This document shows, in pieces, positions 23,028 to 36,325 of a stretch of DNA of 64,000 nucleotides (positions are counted from its first letter, which is position 1; each line of letters starts with the position of its first letter). The stretch is from contig NC_134032.1 of assembly GCF_964204645.1 (NCBI RefSeq), forward strand, positions 9,226,275 to 9,290,274, in the 5' to 3' direction. This DNA is from Tubulanus polymorphus (Eukaryota > Animalia > Nemertea). Both the position numbers and the translations under genes were made by a program. The notes below the pieces were generated by a model. That model saw only the letters and a program-made list of their open reading frames with translations, ran no database searches and was not told the DNA's origin.

Positions 23028-23990
23028 AAGGAGACACGGTCAGTCGCACGACACTTTCAGACAGACAGTCTAGAAGCTCCCTCGCGCTGTCATTACTTAT
23101 TCTCATTACTTTGTTCGTATCGGGGACGAAAATCTGGCTACTTTCTTGATAATGATTAGTCGCAGATTCCGCGGTTTATCTATCCTACGCTAACTATCTG
23201 ATCGCTTTGTCTCTCAGTGATTTTGTGTTTAGTAACAGTTTTACGCCGATGCCTGTTCTACTCTTGCACGTTAAAGACGGTCCTATATTCGCGATGAATT
23301 CACTGATCACGGATGTATAATGAAGCTCGCACTCGGTAATAGCTCGTGGCTGATAGTAGCGATATCTCTAGAACGCGCGGCAGTTGTGCTCTTCCCGTTC
23401 ACATCTCAATATTGGTGTGTACACCTACACCTAGATTCGCCCGATGCGCGATCGCTTTTATCCTCCTAATGAACGCGCACATTCCCTTGGTGATGATGCG
23501 TTTTTCTAGAAACATCGGATGTCACTATCAATCCGTCCGACCGATTCATACTCTTTATCATCATAACTACATACGTTTATATTCTGCAAATTAACTTTGA
23601 TAGTTACGTCGAATTCTGTTACAATCATTCAGTTATTCAGAGGTTCAGAAATGGTTTCGTTCGATAAAAAACAGCGAAATCAAAACGTACAGCAAGAATG
23701 CTTGTAACAGTTTCACTCGCAATTTCACACTGCCAATCTCTGTGACTGTATTCTTACCGAATTCCATAAATCGGAAGGATTTCATTTTAGATATATTCAG
23801 TCAATTCCAAGTGTGTAATTACTGCACTAATTTTTACTTTTATCTTTAACTGGGACGAGAAATTCGTGCATATTTTTGTGCGAAGTTTTGCTGTTGTTCG
23901 GGCCGAAAATCAAATTGACAAAATGGTAGTGATGCTCTCTTCAAGTCATGAAATAAATATTGAAGATGTCGAGATACGGAAAAATGACAT
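23028..23990 (+). repeat. Interspersed non-autonomous repeat, copy 1
   Basis: Colinear, diverged similarity to 25767-26940 (attctcattactttgttcgt, gtcgcagattccgcgg, tagtagcgatatctctagaacgcgcggc). Preceded by TTAAAGG, which resembles a Kolobok/T2 end. Confidence 0.75.
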
Positions 23991-24298
23991 GAATTATCGA
24001 GTAAAGTACAGGACATAAAGCTTCAAATATCGATCCTCATTTATTGTCATATGGTATTAAAATACTTTAAGTACCGATCGAAAATGGAAATGAATAGACG
24101 AAGTGTGGATCTATCGCAATCCAAAGTAAGAAACTTAAGAATTAACGAAGAAGGAAACGTTTTGCCTTTTACACTAAATGTGAATGAAACTATATTAGCA
24201 GGTTTCATTTTTTCCCTCAACCATCTGAGCCCCGCGGGGAAAATTACGTCATCGCAGTCCCTGAACACTTTCAAATCAGTTTTTAGTTCATGTATATT

Positions 24299-24413
24299 CC
24301 TGGACCCAGTTCCACAGTCGTTAGTTAGAGTTAACACTGAGTTAAAGTTAGTTCATTTTTAATGAGTTAACCCAGAGTCAACTCTTAACTCAGAACTGTG
24401 GAACTGGACCCTG
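24299..24413. mobile_element. Palindromic Harbinger-like MITE; related copies at ~44500-44605, ~45298-45405, ~47593-47725, ~48248-48458
   Basis: Inverted repeat CCAGTTCCACAGT...ACTGTGGAACTGG, GG(G)NCC-type termini and CWG-like flanks. Confidence 0.65.
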
Positions 24414-25613
24414 AAGCGTTATATGGAGAAATTCGGATCCGCTTTGAGTATATGGATCACGTCAAAAAGGACGCTATGTGACTCACGTCTAAATAAAATG
24501 AATGTCATAACTAGTCATTTTTGAAGTTTTCAAGTTTAATTAAGGAGACACTTCCCACTCGCAGTCCTTAAACCTTTCAACTTTGGCCTATCCGGTTTTT
24601 TGTCCAGTTAAATTGTATTGTATGATTTTCTTGTACAAAATGGATGTCATTTGATTTCAAATCAATAATAATTTCTTCGAGACTTTTCATTAACATAATT
24701 ACTCTAGAGGATCAGATGTCCGATGCATGGATTAAGGAAACGGATTAGTGATTCCAGTAGGTAAGGAACGATTCAGTTGAGGAATGTTCGTGATAAAACG
24801 ATTAGTAAAAATTCCGCCATAAATGAATTAATCTAAAAAGTTGATTCAAAAACTTAGAAATATTTCGGGTGGTTACTACCACCCTTTTTCGGTCTCAAAT
24901 GACTTACCTTATAAGGTTCTATTAAGAGCCTGTTATTTCATATAGAAAGATTCTCTATCAAAAGAACCTTTATCTGAGCGATGAGTTCTTCGGGGAATCT
25001 TTCAGTGGGTCCCTCAAAGGACCCACTCGAACCGGACTGGGTCCTTAAAAGAACTTTTAGAGGTTCTTCGACAGAAAAATAGTTCTTCCGAGTGTTGTAG
25101 AAGGTTTGGGGTTTCTTTTCTCCTAACCCGTTTGGGCGCTACGCCTTTTCAGTAATTTGGAGGTTTGCCTTGGGAGATATGCTTATATAACTATTCTGTA
25201 CTGAGCATAATCTTTTTTTTAAAGTTAGTTTATACGTTCCATAATTCTATTCTTTTTCGTGATCGATTTCGTACACATAATAATTCAAACTTTCGCGAAT
25301 GTGGATCTATTGAGTTCGACTTCGGAGGAATGAATTTTGATCAGCGATAAAATCTAGAGGTTTACACATTTAACAATGACTTTTCGGTACGTGTTTATTG
25401 TGAATAGGCGTTTATGAATAGCTCAATTGATTTTTACCGCTTTAGATTATTTTCGAAAGAATATGCGCGTGGACGCTGTCGCGGTCAATGCAAACACACG
25501 CGAAATTGAATATCATGAATTCGACTCGGATGTAAATTGGCAGGGCTTACAGCAGTAACATCGTGTTCGTGTCGGTGGCGAACAAGTCCAGAACCTACCG
25601 TACGCTATCATTA

Positions 25614-25758
25614 GTATGGTGGCTGATAAGGGCCATAGCGTAAAATTCCTGGTATGCAAATGAGAACGCCGGGACGCCAAAACTTTAAAAAAAACTCAAA
25701 TTTTCCCTAAAAATCCGTTTTGGCGCGCCAGGCTTTATGGGCCGAATCAGCCACCATA
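25614..25758. mobile_element. Small MITE
   Basis: Inverted repeat GTATGGTGGCTGAT / ATCAGCCACCATAC. Confidence 0.6.
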
Positions 25759-25766
25759 CATTAGCC

Positions 25767-26940
25767 ATTCTCATTACTTTGTTCGTCTCGGGAACGTTTG
25801 GAAACCCAGCTACCTTCCTGATCATGATAAGTCGCAGATTCCGCGGTCTGTCTTACGCTAACACCCCGTCGTTTTGTCTCTCAGTGATTTTCTGTTCAGC
25901 AATAGTTTTACGCTGATGCCGATTCCACAATTCGCCTTACTGCGCGCAGAATCCGGTCCGATTTTGTTGATGACTTCGCTGATCGGTTGCCAAATCTACG
26001 CATCGTGTTCGCATCGTGCAACAGCTCCTGGTTGATACGTAGTAGCGATATCTCTAGAACGCGCGGCGGTCGTGCTCTTCCCGTTCACGTCTCGTTTGAT
26101 ATGTACACCGAGATTCGCGCGATGCGTCATCGTTTTGATCGTTCTAGAGAACGTATTAGTTTCGGGCGTTCCTCGAGTGATGATGCTTTTCTCCAGAAAT
26201 ATCGGCTGTTACTACGAAACGTTTCACCAATTCATACTATTTACCGCAATCGTCGCCTGCGCATACATTCTACTTTGATTGTAGCGTCCAATGCCGTGTT
26301 CCGAAATGGTTGCGCCCGACAGGAAAACAACAAAAGTGAAACGTACGACGATAATGCTCGTAACAGTTTTCCAAGGGTTCGCCAAGCCGATAGCGTGCGA
26401 GATTGTTTATGTTTCATCTTTCTCAGGTCAGAAGATAATAAGACCCATGTGTAGCAGTGGCGAGCTCGACCCCCATGTAGTAGGTCGAATGCAATTATGA
26501 GAGAAAATAAAGTTCAGTTCATCTTATAGTAACCATCAGTGTTGGACGTGCTTTTTGGATCTGCCCCCATCACGACAAGAGAGGACTCCGGTGTACCCTG
26601 GCTCCCTAAAATCTCTAGACGGTTTCGACAAGTTTCTCTAGCATTCGCGATACTCGCGCTTCCATCCGCTCTAACCGTATTTCTACCGATTTTCGTGAAT
26701 CGGAAAGATTTTCTTCTAGATTTATTCAGCCAATTCCAGTTGTGTAATTACTCGATTAATTTCTAAATTTACCTTCCACTGGGGAACGAAATTCGTGAAT
26801 ATTTCTGCGCGAAATCCTGTTGCTGTTGCGCGAGGCAGAAATCACACTAACAAAATGATCGGTGACGCGCAAATTCCAAATGAAATTGTCCAAACTATGA
26901 AATAACAAATACCTAAGATGTTTAGATGTTGTGAAATAAA
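25767..26940 (+). repeat. Interspersed non-autonomous repeat, copy 2 (carries a solo LTR)
   Basis: Colinear with ~23098-23990 apart from the 26370-26630 insert. Confidence 0.75.
26370..26630 (+). mobile_element. Probable solo LTR (261 bp)
   Basis: Absent from the paralogous copy. 5-bp TSD AGTTT (26365-26369 / 26631-26635), ends in CA, internal AATAAA near 26506. The 5' end is TC rather than TG. Confidence 0.65.
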
Positions 26941-27037
26941 CATATAATTAAATAGTTCTGTGTTTTATTTCTGTCCATGTTTTCATACACGTCAAAAACC
27001 TATTCCGACCGCTGGCAGGCGAGTCTACGTAAACGAG

Positions 27038-27290
27038 GCGCGTTTGTTTGAAATCGGTTTGCACAAATAGTTTCGGTTTGTAGGAAAATCGTCTTCGTTC
27101 GAACCGGTTTTCAACAAACTATTTTTTGGTAAACGCGTTCGTCCAGAATGGCGGAATGAGCAAATTTGGCTGTCGAATCGATTCGACTTCTCGTTCCGTT
27201 TTCGCATTTGTTCCCACTACGACTAACCGGTTTGGGACGCAACATACCGATAAAAACGGATTTCTACAAACCGATTTCAAACAAATGCGC
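27038..27290. mobile_element. MITE with long inverted repeats
   Basis: GCGCGTTTGTTTGAAATCGGTTTG ... CAAACCGATTTCAAACAAATGCGC. Confidence 0.65.
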
Positions 27291-28026
27291 TTATAGTGAA
27301 ATGGTATAATGCAATCAAACTCGCTTAAGTCGTCATCCGATAAGCCGTAACATCACTGAAAATTCGAGAGTATTTTGCATAGATTCAAGATTTCTCGCAT
27401 TCTACGAACGCTGAATAAAACACCCGCTGGAGACCTTATTGGACAATCCGGGTTCGTCTAGAGATGCGAACTGCCTTATTTCTGATGTGCGAGGCTAAAA
27501 ATGTGCATGTAGGGTCAAAGTTATCGCACCGATAGCTGGTGGCACGGGGCTCTCTCATTTATATATACTAAATGCTTGGTGTAATCATCTTGACAAGACA
27601 GAAGTACTAACGGATGACTACGGACTGCCCAGATTTCATCAGAATCATGAATGATAGTTTACATGGTTCCGGGTTAAATGGACCAAATATTTCATCCGAG
27701 TTAAGTGAAAATCCGGATTGAACAGTCAGATCTCAGATAGTTACTCCAAGCTAGGACAAATAAGTCGATGTTTTGATACGTTTTGACATAATGATCGTTC
27801 CAAGGAACAACGACTTAGGCGATGTTTTTTTGCTACATGTATAGATAAATCTAATTCTAAATCTAAAACGCATTTTTCATATTATATATGTAATATATTT
27901 TTTCATTTATATATAAAAAGATATATATACATATACTTCATTCAAAATAATTTTTTAGTCCCGGCGGCGAGACTGCTAGAGGCCTTCCTACATACAATTC
28001 ATAAGGGCTCATTAACAATTTGAATA

Positions 28027-28485
28027 CAGTAAACCTTGCATAAGTCGGAATCCGCAAAAGTCGGATAAACGGACAAGTCGAATAAATTCAGAGAACCTGA
28101 ATTTCCCGTTTTTTCCTTCTCATTTCAAGTAAATTTTTGTCCCGAAGTCGGATTTTACTAGTCGGAAACTCGCCTATGTCGTAGTGTAAATTGTGGTCCC
28201 AAAACATGAAATCTATTCAACTTGTTGATCATTTATTAATCATGTATAAAATTTCACTATTCTTTCAGATGTTGAAAAGCTTCATCATAACCGGGATATT
28301 ATGTAGAAATAGTGAATAAATAAACACGTTTTATTCATTTCCACTTTTTATTTTTGTTCCATTCAGTGGCATTTTTCTATGGCCATATTGGTTTTTTTTT
28401 ACTAAAAAAAGGTGAAAAATCCGACTTGCCCATAATCGATTTTTTTTGCTGGTCCCAAATGATCCGACTTATGCGAGGTTTGAAT
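28027..28485. mobile_element. Tc1/mariner (pogo/Tigger-like) MITE
   Basis: TA-CAGTAAACCTTGCATAAGTCGGA ... TCCGACTTATGCGAGGTTTGAAT-TA, with repeated internal AAGTCGGA. Confidence 0.75.
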
Positions 28486-28685
28486 TAAGTACGATTCGGA
28501 GCATATTTCATTCGAAAAGAAACCTTTAGATTTAAGGTATATTAAAAAAAGGCTGGCCGAAGTTATATTTCTATAAACCAGCAAAGTGAGCGCCCGATTA
28601 CAACACGTATTTGAATATGTAAATTATTTGTGTCACAGCGGTGCCATCTAGCGGCAGGAATCGTTACGATAATCGTCGGTTCATT

Positions 28686-30595
28686 CTACAGTCGCCTGCC
28701 GCAGCCGGTGCAGTGGCGTTCCTTCATCAGGCAGCAACAGATTATTCCGATCGGGAAAAAGATAATAGCGCAACATATACCGCAACAAGTGAAGTTAGAT
28801 ACGTATGATCCTTGCTGGAAAGAAAATGTTGAGAAAAGGCATTATAGAATATGCGAGGAGCGCAATAGAAGCCATCTTGAGAAAGGTTGACGAGAAGCCT
28901 TCATTTCAGGATTCAGACTACAGTCATCAGGCTTTTGCAGGACTGCAGTTTAAAACTGGATATCGTCTTATATTCGTTATCAACCGCCCAGCGTTGTCAT
29001 TCTCTGTGACTTTAAAAATTCAGTAGAATTATATGGTCGGCTTTATCAACAACGACCCATTCATTCTCAATAATTTTAAGATTTGGTAAAATTAATATGA
29101 TTTGCTACAACATCGTATTAACGATGACTTTCTTATTATTGATTTGGGAAAATTATGTTAAGCTATTCTAGCTCATGCAATGTATGGTTACCTGACAAGC
29201 CTGACATCCTTGATTTCCGACCACCACTACCGTCGGTGATGCAGCATGGGGTTGTGCGGCGATGGGGTGCCCATACTGTTGTGGGGGTGGGGCTCCATAG
29301 GGCTGCTGCTGTGGGACCCCATAGGGCTGCGGCTGTGGGGGTCCATAGGGCTGCGGCTGAGGGTACGGAGGCGAAGCTACAAAAGATAAATGATCATAAT
29401 AACCAAACAATATAATCAACCGTCTAAGCCAGGTGGAACCATCCTGCCGCCCACCGAAGCTTACGCCAACACAAACCCTGTCTACAGACCCTTCATTGGT
29501 CTTTTACATTCCCCACCATTCTATGTATTAAACCAATCAGATGCGTAGCGAATTTGCCGGTGAAAAACAACGTATCTGATTGGTTCGATACATAGACTGA
29601 TGACCGCCCGGTGGCAATCTGTCGGGCCAAGAAATCTTGGGTAATGTAGACCAATGAAGGGTTTGCGGCCTGTGTTTTTGTCGCCGTGAGCTTCGGTGGG
29701 CAGCGCAATCAAACCCTGATAAGCGAGGATTGGTGAATCGGGCCCAGAACACCGTCAAGTCTTCACTGCTTGATTCGTTTCTTTGGGGAACAGTAATAAA
29801 ATTTCATAGCGAAAAATACGGTAATATACGATCGTGCATTAAACCATCAACAACTCTATACGTTTGATAACGTTAGCCACAAAAATGTGGCTCATTAAAG
29901 ATATGTGTCAATTTTTATAGTCCTAATCAAGCAAAACAAATTATCAATGATGTTTCGGTTCTCATTATTAACTAGATAGACTATGCAGGCACCCCAATAT
30001 GCCGCCATTCTCTTTGTGCCGCCAACACCGTAAATCTGCCATGGGCAGTATGACTGTACATATTTTTGGAAGGCGAAGCACATTTGAAAACCAATAATCG
30101 CGTCGATTTTATCAGTCCGAACAAGTAGAAATATGAATAGTCCATATTTATATAATTCGCATTGATAAAGAAAATCAAAAGCCTGCGAATTGAATTAGTC
30201 GTGTTTACAATGGCTTTTTCGTGCGCGTTACGAATTGCTACCTAAATTAATTTTAGCGGAGTTGACTGTTTTGCAAGAGGAGCTCTATATTCCTTGCCAA
30301 AGGAAATTAAAGATGCTGAAATTTCAAAATATCCGACTTTAACGCAACCCGTTGGCCAAAAAAAGAAAGATATTTTAAAGGCATCCACCCCACTTGATAG
30401 CCCATATATACCCACCTATTAGTGGTCCTGGATGCTAAGCTGTAACAAAAAAATGCGTGGTCGTCTAATTTTCCATTGACTGGCGGCTGACTAATCGTTA
30501 CATATATATAATCGCGACAAACTACTTGACTGAAACCCGCATACAACTGCATAGAGTTTACCTGGATTATACGGAGGGGGTGCGTTTTGGCTCAT
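28686..30595 (-). CDS. BRI3: BRI3-like membrane protein, paralogue A, 115 aa (exons 30595-30562, 29376-29192, 28814-28686)
   Basis: MSQNAPPPYNP A SPPYPQPQPYG...PTVVVVGNQGCQACQ|QGSYVSNFTCCGICCAIIFFPIGIICCCLMKERHCTGCGRRL*. Canonical GT-AG junctions with consistent phases. Confidence 0.88.
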
Positions 30596-33500
30596 GTTGT
30601 GTTCACACTGACGAGTCAATGAAATAGTGTTGAGAATAACGGAATACGGCGACCTGAAAAATAGAAACAGACCATAATCAAGAACTGCACACAAATCCCG
30701 TCTGTTACATCACAGACACTCGACGAGCATTGTTAAGTAAACATATGCCGTCAGTATCAGTTCCGTAGCTAGACTGAGTCGAATTGACAAAGGACCTGTT
30801 CTATACACATTTTCATTTCGATCCATTAGGATATACCCAACCAAGACTCAGTCGAATACAGGCAAAGGCCAGGTTGGGTTCCATGCATTTCCCTTTCGAA
30901 CGAAGGGTCACCCAACCAAAACTGAGTCGAATTTGAACAGACAGAGGCCCGCTTCTACGCATTAACATTCCGATCCAAGGGTACGCCATCAACCCAAACA
31001 CAGCTCTGACGCGGGTCTATATTCAGATAAATTGATTCCAAAACGGATTTGAAAATATGCGGTGTAATGAAATGAAATTGGTGTTAATTTTTTTCTTCTC
31101 AGTAGGTCGTAGCATAGCACTCAAACATTAAAGGGCCTTTTCAATTATATACGTGTAAATACATGCACTACGCCTACTCCACATTTCAGATTGGGTCTAT
31201 TTCGTGTCGTGTGGTTCTTAGTTGAAATCATTTTTTTCTCTAACTGGCATATATCGGTTTATTTAATTGTTTTATCACTTTATTGTTTACATATACTTTA
31301 ATTGTCAGTAAAGTATTAATCAGTAAATGTGCCACCACTAGAGCAAAGATCAAAACTTTTTGGGGGTTGTAAAGATCAACCCGATGAGACGAGAAGATAC
31401 GTCCGTGTATGATGAATAACAAGAGATATCTTTGCATTTTTGGTTGAATTCATTGTGGGATCTCTTTCAAAGATAAACACCTTTTGGGAAAGGTTGTTGT
31501 ACTCATTTCGGAGCGCCTTTAAATGATTACGTATATAGGCTAGATTACAGATCATATTCGACCGTATGAATTTGGACCTGTGTAGGTTGTATGAAGATTT
31601 TGGTTTTTATCTCGATTCGCATTATTCTGTTGGCCCCGATTACCGGCAGATAACATGTCGAATCGGCAATCGTTTTGATAGACCGGTGATCATGAATAAT
31701 AAGGAAAATGTAGGATGTGCCACCAGCCACAATGTTCTTTCGTACAAGAAATAGGCTTAAATATAAAATGGCCGTTCCACTGCCATTGGTTATGTTAGTT
31801 TCGTTTTCTTCTCGCTTATTCAGATTTCCACGTATAGCACAAGCCTAGACATGCGTATATACGTACGTTACGACAACAACGTACATTTATACACGGCATT
31901 CCTTATGTTAAAAATGCAACACGAACAAAACGAAACGAAAGTATCCATCAATATCACTCTTTAATGTTGTCGGTGCAGTCAACCTCGCTAAAAGACTTTC
32001 TATCAACCAAGTAAACATCGGAGTCGATACTCTTCGGAGAGGCTGGTGTTATTACGTAATTCGCTCTTGCGCGCAGACGGCATTGGCTGCACCGCCGACA
32101 GCGCAAATTCCATAGTACCGGCTTGATATGTTTACTACGAAGTATTTTCGACCGAACACCGGTCGATCTAGCGAGATGGCGGAGTGTGTACGTGTATTGT
32201 AAACCAGTTTTACAACGATGTCGTTGTTTTGTTATTTGGAACCACCCTGCTACCGCGGTAAAAGCATCTTATATTTGTAAAGTACAGGTCTCGTATATAC
32301 GGGACTCGCCGTATTTTTCGAATATAAGATGGAAGGAATGTATGTTTACACCGAAAATGGATCCCAAATAAACTCATTCGACACTTTCACGAAAACTATG
32401 CGGCATCAGGCAAAAATGTAGGAAATCGTGCGAATGTAAGTTTTTTGATCGCATTACAGACAATGGTGATAATAATCAGGGAAACCGAAAAGATAGATAT
32501 GATAAGAATGAGAATGACGGTTTTATACATTCCCGTAGGACTGGATGTCAAGCCCCCGTAGCTAGGATTGTGAAAGGGGAACTCTTGAATTGTAGAAAGG
32601 ACACTTTTTACATATGTTCGGTATCTCCGGAAAGGGAGCGCCGCAAATCCGACGTCCATAGTCTTTATAGGAAAATCTTAATAAAAAAAATTCACCAAAA
32701 CTTCGGTCACTTGCCAAAATCTATCGTCGATAAATATCATGATCAATCAATAAAGGTGGATAAAACATATGATGACATTAGAAAAATATATATTGTATCT
32801 ACCTTTATTATTGATTCATCAGACCTGAGAGGATGCAACTGAAATAAACGCATATTAATGCCTCACGCCATAATTTTCTGCTAACTCATTGATTAACTTG
32901 GTTAAAATTAATTAGTTTCGCTTAAAACCAGAATACCGAAGGCTAGAATAAAAACACATCAAATGAATTTCAGTATGATTATTGTGAAATGTTAGAATGA
33001 GCAGCCGTGTTGTGTTTCAATTACCAGATAGGGCATTCGTTTCTAAATGACACGATAACGTGTCACAATTTTGATCAAAACACACTTTAGGTAAAAAAGA
33101 GAGGCCTTTATAAAAAAGGGGCATTTAATTCGTTCGAACACGGCTTGGTGTTGTGGGACTGGTATAAGACTACGTATGGTATTTATCGATTATCTTGAAA
33201 TGAGCTATAAAAACGGTTTATGTTAGTTGTTATGAACACTGTTCTACCACAACTCACTGTTTGTTAAACGACATACGCGTTTGAAATGATAACATTAATT
33301 TGGTATAGGCGTTATGGTACTATCCCACTGTCCAAGGGCGATAGAACAGGAAAACATACATCCTCGTGTCGTGACAAAGCTTTTTCTAGCATACTGTCAA
33401 ATGACAGGCCGGTGTACTGATGCGTCATGGATACTGACTTAATTGAAAATGACAAAAATCTTTCTGTATCTGGCCGTTTTGTATTGAACGATCATGGCAA

Positions 33501-35429
33501 ATTCGTCCGTTTGTTTATTATTATTGGCACATTTCGACAACAAAGGCGTTTTTCAATACATATTGATACATTTTTTGCGCTCTTCAAAATATCGCGATCT
33601 ACGCAGTATGCAGTCAAATATATGCATTGAAAGAAATCTTGACTCGACCTATCAAAATACTTACCGGAAAAGTATCGATGAATGTAATGATTATCGATAG
33701 GATTAAAGGTTTATAATCATTGTCCGTAATTTTCGATTCTAGAACAAGAAATACGACGGACACACGAAAACATCCTTTTAACGTATCTACAATCAAAGTC
33801 GGCCGTCATAACGCCATCCAGGCTCATCCTTACCCCTTTTACCCAGAAAGTTTGCCCTACATAACTCAAATTCAATGAAAGTACCATTCTTTGTAACGCC
33901 ATATTTTCCATTGGTCCCGAACACAGTGCCCAAGATGAAGAACTTACTGTTTTACTAATTTTTCGAACAAGAATAATTCGGTTTAGTATAATGTATGGTT
34001 TAGTGTAAATATCGGCTGTTCTTAGCTGCCCTGCCCTCTGCAATCCCATCCCCTTTCGCATCCCCTGCAGTCACTTCCTAAGTTTTTCCTATCCGGTCTA
34101 TCCCTTTCTCGACTCTCGCCCCATTGTGAGGAAATACGGACTTGACTTAATTAATTTAGTTTATTAATTTAGTTTATTAATCATCAGAGCTGTTTTTTTC
34201 TTATATTTCGTTCGACTTTCACTATAACACAAAATTAAATAATTCGATAATCATTTTATGTGATATAACGGTCAATTATCTTAGAATTCGAAAGGATATC
34301 CTATATATAACAAAGTCCACCTCATCAGTATTTCATGATGCAGACGTTTTTTTCTTACCTACGCGTTCTCCGGTGGCTCAGTACGTAATCCCTGGCGTGT
34401 CTTTATAACCGGCGGCCGCGCTGCTTTCCCAGTAAAGAAAAACCACTTGCGTTACCGCGTATAGAGTGAACTAACGCTAGAAATTATCATAATATATAAA
34501 ACTCAAAATAGGTCACAGATAGCAAATAAATATTGGTGAAAGTGCAGCTGTTTAGTCTCATCGACGAGCCGACTCGTCAGAGCAGGGCCCGGTTTCACGA
34601 GGAACGGGAATTAAGCCCCTATTCGTGTTAAGTTGCTACTTCGAATCGGAATGCATGTTGAGTCAATGTTCCGATGGTCAAACGCCCGAATTCGAACTCG
34701 CCGCCTCCCCGGCCGTGTCCGCCTCGCTCGCCCTGGGTCCCCGGCCCCGAAAAATAGCTCTATTTGCAAAAGATATGCCATTTTTCGAGTTTCTCTGCCT
34801 CCTCTCAAGAAAAAAAATCAACTATTGACCAGTCGGCCGGGACCCCGTTCTGTCCAGGCACTCTTTTTGGGGGAAAATCCTTGTTCAACAAAAACCTGTT
34901 CAACAGTGGATGTGCTCTAAATATTCTTAAACATAGCGCTGGCCTACGCGTTTATTCGCAATATGAAAAGAAATTTGTATTAAAGGTTTGACTGTCGGGC
35001 CATTCTTTGCAATATAATCCTGTTCAATAAAAATAATTAATTTGTCTTTAGTGATTGCGCAATATACGAGGTAACGACCTTGAGATTTGAATCAACGCAA
35101 CCATAACCGTATTGTGGAGCCCATCCGGAAATTAGATTTTGACAGTTCTCGTCGCTCGCTTGATGTGCGTAAATGAAGGGTAAATAAACCATAAAACGAC
35201 CCCGAATAATTCCGTTAAATGTGATTAAGTCGATTTATTCATAACGTAGATGGAATCTTCCAGATAATGTTGAAAAGACTCGACGTGAAGTTATTCGTGT
35301 CAAGCGAAAATAAGACTGAAAACAAAAAAGTCGAAATTTATTTCCTCGATCCCGCTGCTGTTTATCACATGATGTTTTCATACCTTATTTACCAAGTAAT
35401 TGATTCGCTCTACAGGGGCCTGATTATCC

Positions 35430-35510
35430 TCCCCGGCGGCAGGGATTCGAACCTGATGGCATCGAGATTGCCACGGCACGAAAAGCTGCCACACTAGACC
35501 GAATGCGCTT
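35430..35510 (-). repeat. tRNA-derived SINE head; related copy at ~41595-41675, weaker one at ~20635-20710
   Basis: Minus strand has an A-box-like TCGGTCTAGTGTGG and B-box GGTTCGAATCCC. GATGCCATC before the B-box is shared with the 41.6-kb copy. Confidence 0.55.
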
Positions 35511-35686
35511 GTATATTATATCATTATTAGCAAATCAGATATCCTGTTTTATTTCAGCCCGGGTTTTACCATTTATAGTTCTACCGTGAAATTTACCTCA
35601 GCAATTATACAACGAGCAATCTAATAGTAAATTTATTTGAATTGAATGATGCCATTTGGTTTGATTCTTGGTGAGGTTGTACATTA

Positions 35687-35905
35687 GGCTAAACAAAAAT
35701 TATACCTTGTTTCTCCGCAGCGGCCGGGTCATTTTTGTAAAATATGATAAAATTTATAAACAGTTCATTTCTATAGCGGCCGGGTTTGTTACGGTAAAAT
35801 TGATCACGATTAGAAAAAAGTCATGTATAGAGTAGATAGACGGCCGGCCGGGTCAACTTTTAAGCTCAGCAGAGCGGAGAAACAAGGTATCAACTTCTTT
35901 TAGCC
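35687..35905. mobile_element. PIF/Harbinger-like MITE
   Basis: TTA-GGCTAAA...ATACCTTGTTTCTCCGC / GCGGAGAAACAAGGTAT...TTTAGCC-TTA. Confidence 0.75.
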
Positions 35906-35966
35906 TTATCTGTGGTAGTGAAGAGGTTAAGAAGAACGAACGTGGGAGATATATTTTCTACGCTGT

Positions 35967-36325
35967 GGCTACTCGTACGGACCCGTATGGATTACTCTGG
36001 AGGCTATTCGTACGGAACTATATATAACTGTCGCTGATTATTCGCTGCGATACGTACAAAGGTGCGCGACTTAGAAAATTGAAGGAAAGTGTGGAGAATA
36101 GAGTTAGAGAAAAATATAGCGGATCGAGCGAGACTCGAACCCGGGCCAGTAGATTACTAGCGCAGCATTATACCACTAGACCACCGAGCTCGCTGACAGT
36201 CGACTGAATGTTTTAACTACATATAGCCTCACCTTACCCTAACCTTATCCCTTCCCGTACGAACCAGAGTAGTCAGTACGGGTGCGTACGAATAGCCTAC
36301 GGAATTATTCGTACGCATCCGTACT
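35967..36325. mobile_element. Non-autonomous element with 34-bp inverted repeats around a tRNA-like cassette
   Basis: IR at 35967-36000 / 36264-36297 (29/34 match). Internal 36126-36190 (-) has A-box TGGTCTAGTGG and B-box GGTTCGAGTC. Confidence 0.6.

Noticed and set aside
25987-26766. ORFs of 68-155 aa as host genes
   Set aside because: They lie in an interspersed repeat and solo LTR, and the frames are not preserved in the paralogous copy at 23.1-24 kb.
36126-36190. Functional tRNA-Thr(AGT) gene
   Set aside because: A and B boxes are present but the anticodon stem does not pair, and it lies within a repeat element.
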